A stretch of DNA of 64,000 bases from Cyanophyceae cyanobacterium (GTDB lineage: Bacteria; Cyanobacteriota; Cyanobacteriia; Cyanobacteriales; Laspinemataceae). The DNA lies in NCBI GenBank assembly GCA_038321985.1, contig JBBQFN010000003.1:1-64000 (forward strand), in the 5' to 3' direction. The position numbers and the translations under genes are program-made. Below, piece after piece: positions 29,065-39,338 of this stretch. The notes beneath the pieces are model-generated. The model was not told the DNA's origin. It was given only the letters and a program-made list of their open reading frames with translations, and searched no databases. Position 1 is the first letter of the stretch, and every line of letters begins with the position of its first letter.

Positions 29065-32000
29065 ATGACATCAACGATCGATCTCTCTCAAATTTTAGAC
29101 TTTTTATCGAAAACGGCTCCTTTCGATCGCCTCAGCGATCGGGCCTTGGAAAAGTTGGCTTCCCATTGCGAACTGTTACGGTATCGGACCGGTCAACCGA
29201 TTTTTGAAATCGGCAAAATGCCGACCCAAGTCGCCGTGATTTACGAGGGCCAGGTCCGGGAATTAGCAAGCGACCAACGTACCCAAAGCATGGTGAGTTT
29301 GCGCTTGGCAGGTCCGGGAGAAATTCTGGGTTGGGGCAGTTTAATTCGCGGGATGGCTGTAGAAAGTGCGATCGCCTCCCGCGAAGTGGTCTGTTTATGC
29401 ATCCCGGCTAGTATCTTTCTAGAACAGGTAAAATCCGAAAGCGTTCTCCGAGAAGCCTTTGAGCAACAAGCCTCCCTGAATGAGGTATTTGAGCTGCTTT
29501 CCGGGGAACTTCAGCGCCGAGCGGATGCAATTACCAATGCCAAAGACTTGACCCTGCAATTCCAACCCCAAGCGGCGGTTTTCAACATCCCCAAAGGGAA
29601 AGCGAACCTCACCGAACTGGATCGCAATCACCTCTGGTTCTTGAGTAGCGGCACCATCGGCGAATTTGGAAAAGGCAGCCGCCTGATGGTTGATGCCAAC
29701 ACCATTGGCAAGCTCCCTTGCCCGGAAGGAGCTAGGGTCGTGGGCTTACCCCTGTTTGACCTCGCCGGAACCCCGGTGACGCCCCAGGATAACGTCGCGG
29801 GAATCATCCCCACCACCCCAGTCACAGCCACGGTTGTTGATTCGATTCCCTACGCCCCCGATCGCCCTCCTGAGACCGCAGCAGAAGAGCGCAGCTCGCG
29901 CGGCAAAGTTAAATATCCCTTCATTGGGGGAAAAGGACCCATTAATGGGTCTTTGGCCTGTTTCCAAATGTTGGGGAAACAATATCAGATTCGGGTGCGC
30001 CGAGACGTCGTTCAGCGCGTCTTGGAAAATCAATATAACTCTCACGGCAAACTAACCCTACAATCCTGTGGGTCCGTCGCTGCCATGATGGGATTTAACG
30101 GTCAATTGGTGACCGTTCCCGTAGAAGTTATCTCCCGACTGAAAGCACCGGCGATGATTCGTTGGCAAAATAGCTTTGCCCTCTTATTCAGCGTCAGCGA
30201 TCGCGAAATTGTTGCCGCCATCCCCAGTAAAGGTATCATTCGCCGCAGCCCTAAAAAATTCATCCAAGAGTGGCAACTCGTCACCCCGACAGAGGAAGGA
30301 AAAGAAGGCACCGAACAGGTCCTCCTCCTCGTACCTCCGGCTGAAGACAAACAAGATACCTTTAACTTCTGGTGGTTCCTCCCCGAATTAGCCAAATATA
30401 AAAGCGTCTTAGTCCAAGTCTTTCTCGCCTCCTTCTTCGTTCAGCTTTTTGGGTTAGCCAACCCCCTGATCACTCAGGTGATTATCGATAAAGTCATCGG
30501 CCAAAGAAGTCTAGAAACCCTAGACATCCTCGGCTTATTGATGGTTTTAGTAGCTGTGTTTGAAGGGGCGCTCACCTGGTTACGAACCTATTTATTCGTA
30601 GACACCACCAACCGGATCGACTTGAGTCTCGGTTCCCAGGTGATTGACCATTTGCTACGACTCCCCCTCGGCTACTTCGATCAACGACGGGTGGGCGAAC
30701 TCGCCGGACGGGTGAGCGAACTTGAAAAAATTCGCCAATTCCTCACGGGAACCGCCCTCACCGTCGTCCTTGATGCGTTATTTTCGGTGATTTATATCGC
30801 CGTCATGCTCTCGTACAGCCTCTTGATGACCGCCGTGGCCTTAGCGGTGGTCCCCCTGATGGCTCTGTTAATCGCAGGGGTATCACCCATTGTCCAACGA
30901 CTGTTACGCAAACGCGCCGAACGTTATGCGGATACCCAGTCCTACCTCGTTGAGGTCCTCTCCGGCATTCAAACCGTGAAGGCCCAAAATATTGAACTGA
31001 CCTCCCGGTGGAGTTGGTACGATCGCTATGCTCGCTATATCAGCGCTGGATTTAAAACCGTCGTTACCTCCACCACCGCTAGTTCAATCAGTACCTTATT
31101 GAATAAGGGGTCCGGACTCGCCCTCCTGTGGGTGGGGGCTCATTTAGTTCTAAGCGACCCTCCCCAAATGTCCTTGGGTCAGTTGATCGCCTTCCGGATT
31201 ATCGCCTCCAACGTCACAGGTTCCCTGCTGCGATTCGTGCAAGTGTGGCAAACCTTCCAAGAAACCGCGATGTCTGTTGAACGTCTTCGCGATATCCTAG
31301 AAGCCCATCCCGAGGCAGACGAGAAGGACCGCAGCAATATCCCCATGCCTGCGGTAGAGGGTTCGGTCCGCTTTGAAAACGTTTCCTTCCACTTTCCCCA
31401 GAGTAAATCTCTGCAATTGGCGAACATCAATCTGGAGTTTCACCCGGGGCAATTTGTCGGCATTGTCGGTCAGAGTGGTTCCGGTAAGAGTACCTTGATG
31501 AAGCTGTTGCAGCGGCTTTACGAACCGACGGGCGGGCGGATTTTGCTCGATGGTTATGATGTTTCTAAGGTGGAATTGTATTCATTGCGGAGTCAAATCG
31601 GTGTGGTCCTCCAGGATACCCTCCTGTTCAATGGGTCGGTCCAGGAGAATATCGCTTTGACCAATCCCGATGCCCCGACGGATGAGATTATTAAAGCGGC
31701 CAAAATTGGCGTGGCACATGAGTTTATTATGACCCTGCCCAATGGATATAACTCCGTTGTGGGAGAACGAGGTTCCTCCTTATCTGGGGGTCAGCGCCAA
31801 CGGATTGCGATCGCCCGGACTGTCCTCCAAAATCCCCATCTGCTAATTTTGGACGAAGCCACCAGCGCCCTTGACTACAATTCGGAGCGCCTAGTTTGTG
31901 AAAACCTCGCCGAAGCCTTTAAGGGTCGCACGGTCTTTTTTATCACCCACCGTCTGACTACTGTTAAAAAAGCCGATGTCATCCTGATGATGGACCAAGG

Positions 32001-32091
32001 CGCGGTGGTTGAACAAGGGACTCATGATGAATTAATGGCTCTCAAAGGTCTCTATTATTGCCTCTATCAACAACAGGAATCCCAAGTATAG
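29065..32091 (+). CDS. Type I secretion ABC transporter (HlyB family): cNMP-binding + C39-like + TMD + NBD
   Basis: ANPLITQVIIDKV, GQSGSGKST Walker A, LSGGQRQR, LILDEATSALD, ITHRL; N-terminal cNMP domain (GPGEILGW). Confidence 0.93.
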   Translation: MTSTIDLSQILDFLSKTAPFDRLSDRALEKLASHCELLRYRTGQPIFEIGKMPTQVAVIYEGQVRELASDQRTQSMVSLRLAGPGEILGWGSLIRGMAVESAIASREVVCLCIPASIFLEQVKSESVLREAFEQQASLNEVFELLSGELQRRADAITNAKDLTLQFQPQAAVFNIPKGKANLTELDRNHLWFLSSGTIGEFGKGSRLMVDANTIGKLPCPEGARVVGLPLFDLAGTPVTPQDNVAGIIPTTPVTATVVDSIPYAPDRPPETAAEERSSRGKVKYPFIGGKGPINGSLACFQMLGKQYQIRVRRDVVQRVLENQYNSHGKLTLQSCGSVAAMMGFNGQLVTVPVEVISRLKAPAMIRWQNSFALLFSVSDREIVAAIPSKGIIRRSPKKFIQEWQLVTPTEEGKEGTEQVLLLVPPAEDKQDTFNFWWFLPELAKYKSVLVQVFLASFFVQLFGLANPLITQVIIDKVIGQRSLETLDILGLLMVLVAVFEGALTWLRTYLFVDTTNRIDLSLGSQVIDHLLRLPLGYFDQRRVGELAGRVSELEKIRQFLTGTALTVVLDALFSVIYIAVMLSYSLLMTAVALAVVPLMALLIAGVSPIVQRLLRKRAERYADTQSYLVEVLSGIQTVKAQNIELTSRWSWYDRYARYISAGFKTVVTSTTASSISTLLNKGSGLALLWVGAHLVLSDPPQMSLGQLIAFRIIASNVTGSLLRFVQVWQTFQETAMSVERLRDILEAHPEADEKDRSNIPMPAVEGSVRFENVSFHFPQSKSLQLANINLEFHPGQFVGIVGQSGSGKSTLMKLLQRLYEPTGGRILLDGYDVSKVELYSLRSQIGVVLQDTLLFNGSVQENIALTNPDAPTDEIIKAAKIGVAHEFIMTLPNGYNSVVGERGSSLSGGQRQRIAIARTVLQNPHLLILDEATSALDYNSERLVCENLAEAFKGRTVFFITHRLTTVKKADVILMMDQGAVVEQGTHDELMALKGLYYCLYQQQESQV

Positions 32092-32328
32092 GCCCGTCTA
32101 AATCATTAGGACCATAAAATTGAGGAGGGGGAGCATCTACACTCCCCACTACTCCTACAGAAAATTAGACGTTCCCACGCCATCAGAAGAACTATCCCCG
32201 GCATTTAGACGCGTCTATATAGAAGAAGTGAAGGATGAAACCTCTAGCATAAATGGTCCCGATTAGGTTTATCTTTTATCCTTCATCCTTCATCCTTCAT
32301 CCTTCCTAAAACCTAGCACCTAAAAATC

Positions 32329-34353
32329 ATGAAATCAGCAGTTTTCGACCAACCCGTTATTTTAGAACGCCCCCCGATTTGGTCTAGTATATTTATCTGG
32401 TTGATTATGGGCATGACTGCTTCCGGAGTCGCCTGGGCGGCCTGGGCCAAAATCGATCAATCCATTCCCACATCCGGTAAATTAGAACCCCAAGGTTCCG
32501 TAGTGGAAGTGAAACCGGCGACCAATGGGGTTGTGCGGGAAATTCACGTTCAAGGCGGCGAGTTAGTGAAAAAAGGCCAACTCTTGGTCACCCTGGACCC
32601 GACCAGTCCAGAAGCTGACGTGGAGTCTCTTAAGCAACAGCGAGACGCCCTGATGCGAGAAAATCAGTTTTTTACCGCTGCACTTAGTGGAAATACCGTA
32701 GGAGACTCGGGTTCGGAACTGGAAAACCTCACCAAACTCCGAGCAAATTTAATTTCTGAAACTCAATTTTTACAAGCTCAACTCAATGGGTCTGCGGTCG
32801 CTAGTAACGGAGGCGACTTCGACCAGAATCAGGAGCAATTGCTAGTCGCTTCTCGAAATGAGGCCCAATCTCGGGAACAATCCGTGTCCTTGCGGGTAGA
32901 TGAGTTAGAAAAACAACTCAACCAGGTGAACAACCAAATTCCCACAGCTCAAGGTCAAATTGCTATCTCCCAGGGACAGTTAGAAACCGCTCGGCGTCAA
33001 TTAGAAACGGCCCAGCGTCAATTGCCCAACGTAATGGACCAATTGGAGAACGCTAGAAGACAAGTTGTCGCCTCCGAGCAACGACTGGAAAATGCCAAAC
33101 AAGATTTACCGAAAGCTCGGGAACGGTTAGAAAATGCCCGTCGCCAGTTACCCAGAGCACTGGAACAACTAGAAACTGCTCGTCGCCAAATTCCCACGGC
33201 TCGGGCGCAACTGGAAACGGCAAAACAGGCCCTCACGGTGAATGAAAGCATTATGGGGCGGATTAAACCTGTGGTCGCCGAAGGGGCATTGTCTGAACTG
33301 CAACAAGAGCGTCAGGAACAAGAAATTTTGCGCTCTCAAGCGGAGGTTTCTAACCGAGAAGCGGAATTGTTGAGTCGGCAGCAACAACTTTCTGCTCAGG
33401 AAGCTCAAATTCTGACCCAACAAAACGAAATTTCCTCCCGGGAAGCGGAAGTGCTGCGAAGTGAAGATGAGATTGCCCGCCGGGAAGAGGAAATTTTGCG
33501 GTTTCAAAATGAAATTTCCGGCCGGGAATCAGAAATATTACGAGCGGAAAATGAAATTGCGGCTCGCGAAGGCGAAATTTTGAGGTTGCAAAATGAAGTG
33601 CTAACTCGTTCAGGAGAAGTCGATCGCCTGATCAGCGAACAAGAGCGTCTGAATGTAGGAATGTCGCGATCGCGCCAAGAGGTCCAAAATACCCGGGCGC
33701 TTTCCCAGAAAGATGTATTAACCAAGATTTCCGAGAATCAAAAACGGATTTCTGATATTAATGGACAACTGAGCCGTTTAAAACTGGAAAATGACAAGCG
33801 CATTTCCCAAATTGACGGCCAGTTAACAAAAGCCAATCTTGAACTCCAGTATCAAGAACTCAAGTCTCCAGTGGATGGGTTTGTGTTTGATTTAAAACCC
33901 AAGTCTCCCGGATATGTGGCCGCGGGTAATTCTCCCGAACCGATTTTAAAAATCGTTCCCAATAACGAGCTTGAAGCGTCGGTTTACATCATGAATCAAG
34001 ATATTGCCATGGTGTTAGATGCTCTGCGCAAGAGTAAAGAAGAAGGGTCAGAAGGGGTCCCGGTTGAAATTAGTATCGAAGCCTTCCCGGCGACCGAATA
34101 CGGTACAGTTCGCGGGATTTTAACCTCCATTGGATCCGATGTGTTGCCCCCGGATGAAACCCGCCGCTTTTACGCATTTCCAGCCACGATTAAGCTCAAT
34201 AGCGAGAAGTTTTTATTGGAGAATGGACTGCAAGTTAATCTCCAGTCGGGTATGGCGGTACAGGGTAATATTAAAATTGGCAAACGTAGTGTGCTCCAGA
34301 TTTTCTTGAGCCGGATGACGAACAAGACTCGCAGCATTGAGACGGTTAAATAA
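32329..34353 (+). CDS. HlyD-family type I secretion periplasmic adaptor with an extended coiled coil
   Basis: N-terminal TM, GKLEPQG, lipoyl halves (VQGGELVKKGQLL; LKSPVDG), AFP..EYG, LQSGMAV; long 14-residue repeats. Confidence 0.92.
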   Translation: MKSAVFDQPVILERPPIWSSIFIWLIMGMTASGVAWAAWAKIDQSIPTSGKLEPQGSVVEVKPATNGVVREIHVQGGELVKKGQLLVTLDPTSPEADVESLKQQRDALMRENQFFTAALSGNTVGDSGSELENLTKLRANLISETQFLQAQLNGSAVASNGGDFDQNQEQLLVASRNEAQSREQSVSLRVDELEKQLNQVNNQIPTAQGQIAISQGQLETARRQLETAQRQLPNVMDQLENARRQVVASEQRLENAKQDLPKARERLENARRQLPRALEQLETARRQIPTARAQLETAKQALTVNESIMGRIKPVVAEGALSELQQERQEQEILRSQAEVSNREAELLSRQQQLSAQEAQILTQQNEISSREAEVLRSEDEIARREEEILRFQNEISGRESEILRAENEIAAREGEILRLQNEVLTRSGEVDRLISEQERLNVGMSRSRQEVQNTRALSQKDVLTKISENQKRISDINGQLSRLKLENDKRISQIDGQLTKANLELQYQELKSPVDGFVFDLKPKSPGYVAAGNSPEPILKIVPNNELEASVYIMNQDIAMVLDALRKSKEEGSEGVPVEISIEAFPATEYGTVRGILTSIGSDVLPPDETRRFYAFPATIKLNSEKFLLENGLQVNLQSGMAVQGNIKIGKRSVLQIFLSRMTNKTRSIETVK

Positions 34354-34436
34354 TCTCCGCTCTAGTGAAAAATTTGTCACGTTGGAAAGGAAGGGATTGA
34401 GATTTGACGCTTTTATTGGGTTTATTGGGGGTGAAG

Positions 34437-37400
34437 TTAGGACCGCTTTTCTTCGGTGCGATCGCGATAAATCTGCGCTACTCGATCCTGGGGATTTTTG
34501 CATAAACAGCGTTCAAATAGTTCCTGGGCTTCCTCGGGGGAGTTCTGGTTATAGTAAAATAGCGCGGTTTCAAAGTCCTGTTTCGTTTCTAGCTTTCCAG
34601 CTTGAAGTTCGGGGGGGTCGGCATCAAAGACTTCATAGACGGTCACTAATTCTGATTTGCCTTTGACTTGGACGGTATCGATTTGGCGAATTCCATAGCG
34701 TTCGGGGTTTTTTAATCGGCTAAAAGTGCGGTCAGAAATTAATAAAGAAACCCCATATTTTTTGGTGAGTCCTTCAATCCGGGAGGCTAAGTTCACCGCA
34801 TCTCCGATCGCCGTGCCATCCATGCGAGTTTTTCCACCAACTGTCCCTAACATTAAATCTCCGGTATTGATGCCAATGCCAATTTTAATGGGGAGTTCCC
34901 CCTGTCCGAGGCGATCGTAATTGTACTCCCCAAGGCTTCGTAACATGGCTATTCCCGCTTGAACTGCATCATCGGCTTCCCCATTAAATAAGGCCATAAT
35001 TGCATCGCCAATATATTTATCAATAAACCCATGATTGGCGGCGATCGCCGGTTCCATTCTCGACAAATAAGCATTAATAAACTGAAACGTATCTTCCGGA
35101 CTCATCCGTTCGCTTGCGGCTGTAAAATCTCGAATATCTGAAAATAAAATTGACATTGACCGATTCACACTATCGCTCAATTTGACATCAATAATACTCT
35201 CTTTATTCAACATCTGTAAAAATTCCCGAGGAACAAACCGACTGTAGGCTAAATTAATATGCGAGAGTCTTAAATGAGTTTTAATCCGCGCCAATAATTC
35301 ATTTTTGGAAATAGGTTTGGTCAAATAATCATTTGCCCCGGAGCTAAATCCTTCCACCAGCACATCAATTTGAGCTTTAGCCGTTAACATCAAAATGGGG
35401 ACTTCTGTCGCCGGAAATACTTCCCGCAATTTTTGACATACTTCTAACCCGGTCATTTTGGGCATCATCACATCTAGCAATATCAAATCCGGCTTAAACC
35501 CTTGCTCAATCACTTCTAACGCTTCCATACCATTAGTGGCTTGAGTAATGGCATAATTTTGTAGGGAAAGATGATTGACCAAAACTTGCAAATTAACCGG
35601 CTCATCATCCACGATTAAAATTTTAAATTGTTCGGCATTTTCATCTTCTGTTAAAAAGGCTAAAGTAGCGATCGCCTCCTCGGGTGAGATGGGTGCTTTA
35701 CCCGACCCATCAAAAATAAGCACGGGCCGGTCTTTCTTGATAATTGGAGTGGAAACCACGGGGTCACTCAGCCGTTCCCCGTCGGTTACTTCACCGGATG
35801 TGATCGGCAAGGTAAAGGTAAATCGAGACCCTACTTCAACTGTCGATTCTACGGTAATTTCTCCCCCATGTAACTCTACCAGTTGTTTGGTAATCGATAA
35901 CCCCAACCCCGTCCCTCCATATTCCCGGGCGGTGGAGCCATCTGCTTGTTCAAAGGACTCAAAAATTTGCTCTAATTTATCCTCGGGAATCCCAATTCCC
36001 GTATCGGAAACCGTAATGGCTAAATAGTCAGGGTACTCGGGCGTGTGGGCGAGGGATTCCCTCACCTGCGCTGATACTTCGATTACCCCAGCTGCGGTAA
36101 ATTTAATCGCATTGGCCATTAAATTTTGTAAAATTTGCAACACCCGATTTTCATCGGCTAAAACCAACTGAACCTCTCCCGGAATTCGATTGATTAATTT
36201 TAAATTCTTGGCCCCAATTAAAGGGTGACAGATAGAGAGCGTAATTTCTGCAACTTCTCGCATTCCGATCGGTTTAAGTTGCAGTTCAATAGTTTTATGT
36301 TTTAACTTAGAAAAATCTAGCAGGTCATTTACCAAATGAACCAGGCGATATCCACAGTGAACAATCATCCCTAAATTTTTCTGTTGGAGTAAGGTAACGG
36401 GTCCGGCAGCCCCATCGACTAGAGATTCAGCCAAGCCAATAATGCCATTTAGAGGCGTCCGTAATTCATGAGAGGTATTGGCTAAAAACTCATCTTTGAG
36501 GCGATCGAGGTGCTTTAAGTCCAAATTGGCCTGTTTGAGGGCATCTTCACTATCTCTCAGGGCAGTAGTGGCACGGTTGACGGCATCTTGGAGTCGGGCC
36601 GGTGCACTGACTAAAATAAAGACTAAACCCCCGGCTAACACCGCTAAGAGGGAGCCTCCTATCCGTAACCAGGGGGAAAACGGGGCCATTAGGGGCCATC
36701 CCTGAGCAGGTATAGCCCCTAACTGCCACGATCCATTGGGCAGAATCACCGATAACAACACCGGATTTTGCTTAAAAATTTCGGCATCCCCAAAAAATAC
36801 CCCTCCCGCAGCCCCCAACCCATCATTCCCCCGGATGGCATATTGAAGTCGGGAATCAGCATCGAACAATCCGGCCTCGGTAAACAGAATATCGCGATCG
36901 ATAATAATTCCCACCATCCCCCAATAGGACCCGCTTCCGGCAGGAGCACCTGGAGGGGTCAAAAACACCGGGGTCCGACTGATAAAGGCCATCCCTTCAG
37001 GAAATAGGTCCACAGGTCCTGCCAAGACAGTGCTGCGGGTATTAATAGCCCGCAGAATTGCCTCCCGTTCCGAGGGAATATTCATCGGTTCAAAGCCGAT
37101 CGCCGATTCATTGCCCGCTAGGGGATACATATGGCTAACAATGGTGTTTTTATAAAGGGCTATACTCCGGATTCCCGCTTGTTCGGCGACAATCACCCGC
37201 GCCAAGTCATCAAATTGTTCCCGATTAATATTGGAATTGAGCGCGCTAATGTAGGCCACTAGCCCCCGTTCCAGAAACAGGCGCTGGTTTAACCCCTGTT
37301 CCAGCCGTGCGCGGATGGCACTGACTTGATTCAGGACGTTGGCATGATGTTGCTCTTTCCATCGTTGTTGTTCAGAACGATCTAGGACTCCCACTCCCGC

Positions 37401-37523
37401 TAACAGCAAGGCTACGGTGGCTGATGCGGCTAGGTAGGGGACCACACGAGTTTTCACGGACGGATGGACATAGAGACGGGAAAAGCGGTTGGCGAACTGT
37501 TTAGGAAGTGATTGCAGGAACAT
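34437..37523 (-). CDS. Membrane hybrid sensor: CHASE + histidine kinase + receiver + class III adenylate cyclase
   Basis: LAGPVDL..RTPVF..YWG (CHASE), SHELRTPLNG, DTGIG, GTGLGL, LLDVMMP, FSDIRDFT, DKYIGDA, GDAVNLASRIE. Confidence 0.92.
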   Translation of the reverse strand: MFLQSLPKQFANRFSRLYVHPSVKTRVVPYLAASATVALLLAGVGVLDRSEQQRWKEQHHANVLNQVSAIRARLEQGLNQRLFLERGLVAYISALNSNINREQFDDLARVIVAEQAGIRSIALYKNTIVSHMYPLAGNESAIGFEPMNIPSEREAILRAINTRSTVLAGPVDLFPEGMAFISRTPVFLTPPGAPAGSGSYWGMVGIIIDRDILFTEAGLFDADSRLQYAIRGNDGLGAAGGVFFGDAEIFKQNPVLLSVILPNGSWQLGAIPAQGWPLMAPFSPWLRIGGSLLAVLAGGLVFILVSAPARLQDAVNRATTALRDSEDALKQANLDLKHLDRLKDEFLANTSHELRTPLNGIIGLAESLVDGAAGPVTLLQQKNLGMIVHCGYRLVHLVNDLLDFSKLKHKTIELQLKPIGMREVAEITLSICHPLIGAKNLKLINRIPGEVQLVLADENRVLQILQNLMANAIKFTAAGVIEVSAQVRESLAHTPEYPDYLAITVSDTGIGIPEDKLEQIFESFEQADGSTAREYGGTGLGLSITKQLVELHGGEITVESTVEVGSRFTFTLPITSGEVTDGERLSDPVVSTPIIKKDRPVLIFDGSGKAPISPEEAIATLAFLTEDENAEQFKILIVDDEPVNLQVLVNHLSLQNYAITQATNGMEALEVIEQGFKPDLILLDVMMPKMTGLEVCQKLREVFPATEVPILMLTAKAQIDVLVEGFSSGANDYLTKPISKNELLARIKTHLRLSHINLAYSRFVPREFLQMLNKESIIDVKLSDSVNRSMSILFSDIRDFTAASERMSPEDTFQFINAYLSRMEPAIAANHGFIDKYIGDAIMALFNGEADDAVQAGIAMLRSLGEYNYDRLGQGELPIKIGIGINTGDLMLGTVGGKTRMDGTAIGDAVNLASRIEGLTKKYGVSLLISDRTFSRLKNPERYGIRQIDTVQVKGKSELVTVYEVFDADPPELQAGKLETKQDFETALFYYNQNSPEEAQELFERCLCKNPQDRVAQIYRDRTEEKRS

Positions 37524-37866
37524 AGAGGATAAACGCGAAGGCGTTTAGGGAAAGAGGGATTTACAGCAAAAGTACAAGATTTTAATCCTTTATCCCCAGA
37601 GAGAAGGAACGCCAGTGGCTACCCTGAACCTTAAATTGGATAGCGCCCTCCATCCAGGTTCATCTATCGGTCTAAAAATGCCCAATGGCCTCAGTGCATT
37701 AGTCCCGGGATTGGTTTTCGGGCCCACTTTATGCCTAAGTTTAACTCACCCCGAAATGAGTTCTAATTTTTAAACTGCTGGGTTTAAAGGCGATCAATTC
37801 TGATAAATTAACTAACGACTGAATTTAAAACAGAAAACTCACTGTTGCTCGGTGTGACGCTCTTTG

Positions 37867-38415
37867 ATGAATATAATTTCGACTAATATTCCCGATGTCG
37901 TGATTATCGAACCGAAAGTTTTCGGCGACGATCGCGGTTTTTTCTTGGAAAGTTATAACCAACGCACCCTTGCGGAAAAAACCGGCCTCACGACACCGTT
38001 TGTCCAAGATAATCATTCGAGATCGCGCCAAAATGTCCTGCGGGGTCTACATTACCAGATTCAACAGCCCCAAGGAAAATTACTCCGGGTCGTTGCGGGT
38101 GCCATCTTTGATGTGGCGGTGGATATTCGCAAACACTCTCCCACTTTTGGACAGTGGGCCGGTTGTCTCCTCAGCGCTGAAAACCACCGTCAGTTCTGGG
38201 TTCCTCCCGGATTTGCTCATGGATTTTTGGTGGTGTCGGAAATTGCGGAAGTGCTGTACAAAACTACAGAATATTACGCCCCCCACCATGAGCGGTGTAT
38301 CCTTTGGAACGATCTGGATTTGGCGATCGATTGGCCTTTAAACGGTGCCGAACCCATTTTATCGGAAAAAGATCGCGCGGGTCAGCCTTTGAAAGTTGCG
38401 GAATTATTTGCATGA
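37867..38415 (+). CDS. rfbC: dTDP-4-dehydrorhamnose 3,5-epimerase
   Basis: FGDDRGFFLES, QDNHSRS, LRGLHYQ, GFAHGF. Confidence 0.95.
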   Translation: MNIISTNIPDVVIIEPKVFGDDRGFFLESYNQRTLAEKTGLTTPFVQDNHSRSRQNVLRGLHYQIQQPQGKLLRVVAGAIFDVAVDIRKHSPTFGQWAGCLLSAENHRQFWVPPGFAHGFLVVSEIAEVLYKTTEYYAPHHERCILWNDLDLAIDWPLNGAEPILSEKDRAGQPLKVAELFA

Positions 38416-39281
38416 CCAGAATTTTACTAACCGGAATAACGGGTCAATTAGGGCAGGAATTATACCCGATTCTTCAGGCGGTGGGGGAGGTGACAGGGTG
38501 CGATCGGCAGACTCTGGATTTAGCCAACCCCGACTCGATCCGGCAGGTAATGGCAGCAGTCAAACCGGAAGTGGTGGTCAATTGTGCTGCCTATACTGCG
38601 GTGGACAAATCCGAAAGTGAACCGGACCTCGCAATGGCGATTAATGGTACCGGGGTCGGAATTCTCGCCCAGGAGTCCCACCAATTAGGGGCGCGATTGA
38701 TTCAGGTTTCCACAGATTATGTCTTTGATGGCACTCAGTCTCAACCCTATCGGGAAACCGATGCCACTCATGCATTAGGGGTGTATGGAGAGTCTAAACT
38801 TGCCGGGGAGGAAGCAATTCGCCAAGTGGGTGGAGATGCGATTATCCTGAGAACCGCTTGGGTGTATGGCAATGGCGGTTCAGGTAATTTTGTCAAGACG
38901 ATGCTGCGCCTGGGTTCGCAACGGGAGGAATTAGGGGTGGTGACAGATCAAGTGGGGAGTCCCACTTGGACGGGGGATTTAGCTGGGGCGATCGCCTCGA
39001 TGGTTCAACTGGCGATTCCCTCGGGAACCTACCATTACACCAATAGCGGGGTTGCCAGTTGGTACGATTTTGCGATCGCCATCTTTGAAGAAGCCCAAAC
39101 TCTGGGTTTTCCCCTGCAAATCCAGCGAGTTAAGCCAATTTCTACCCAAGAGTATCCTACTCCCGCCCGTCGTCCCTCCTATTCGGTCCTTTCCCTTGCC
39201 AAAATAGCGTCAACCTTGGGAACTTATCCCCCCCACTGGCGGCAGGGACTCCGGCAAATGCTGCGAGATTTCAACCGTTAA
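38412..39281 (+). CDS. rfbD: dTDP-4-dehydrorhamnose reductase
   Basis: GITGQLG, AAYTAVDKSE, STDYVFDG, YGESKLAGE, DQVGSPT, PARRP; ATGA overlap with rfbC. Confidence 0.95.
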   Translation: MTRILLTGITGQLGQELYPILQAVGEVTGCDRQTLDLANPDSIRQVMAAVKPEVVVNCAAYTAVDKSESEPDLAMAINGTGVGILAQESHQLGARLIQVSTDYVFDGTQSQPYRETDATHALGVYGESKLAGEEAIRQVGGDAIILRTAWVYGNGGSGNFVKTMLRLGSQREELGVVTDQVGSPTWTGDLAGAIASMVQLAIPSGTYHYTNSGVASWYDFAIAIFEEAQTLGFPLQIQRVKPISTQEYPTPARRPSYSVLSLAKIASTLGTYPPHWRQGLRQMLRDFNR

Positions 39282-39338
39282 ATTCCCACTTTGGAGTAGA
39301 TTTTAAAACGCCATTCAACCCCTTCCCTATTTCTATAT

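Noticed and set aside
29065..32091. Bacteriocin/RiPP-processing peptidase transporter
   Set aside because: Catalytic Cys/His are missing and no double-glycine precursor is seen; an RTX substrate is nearby
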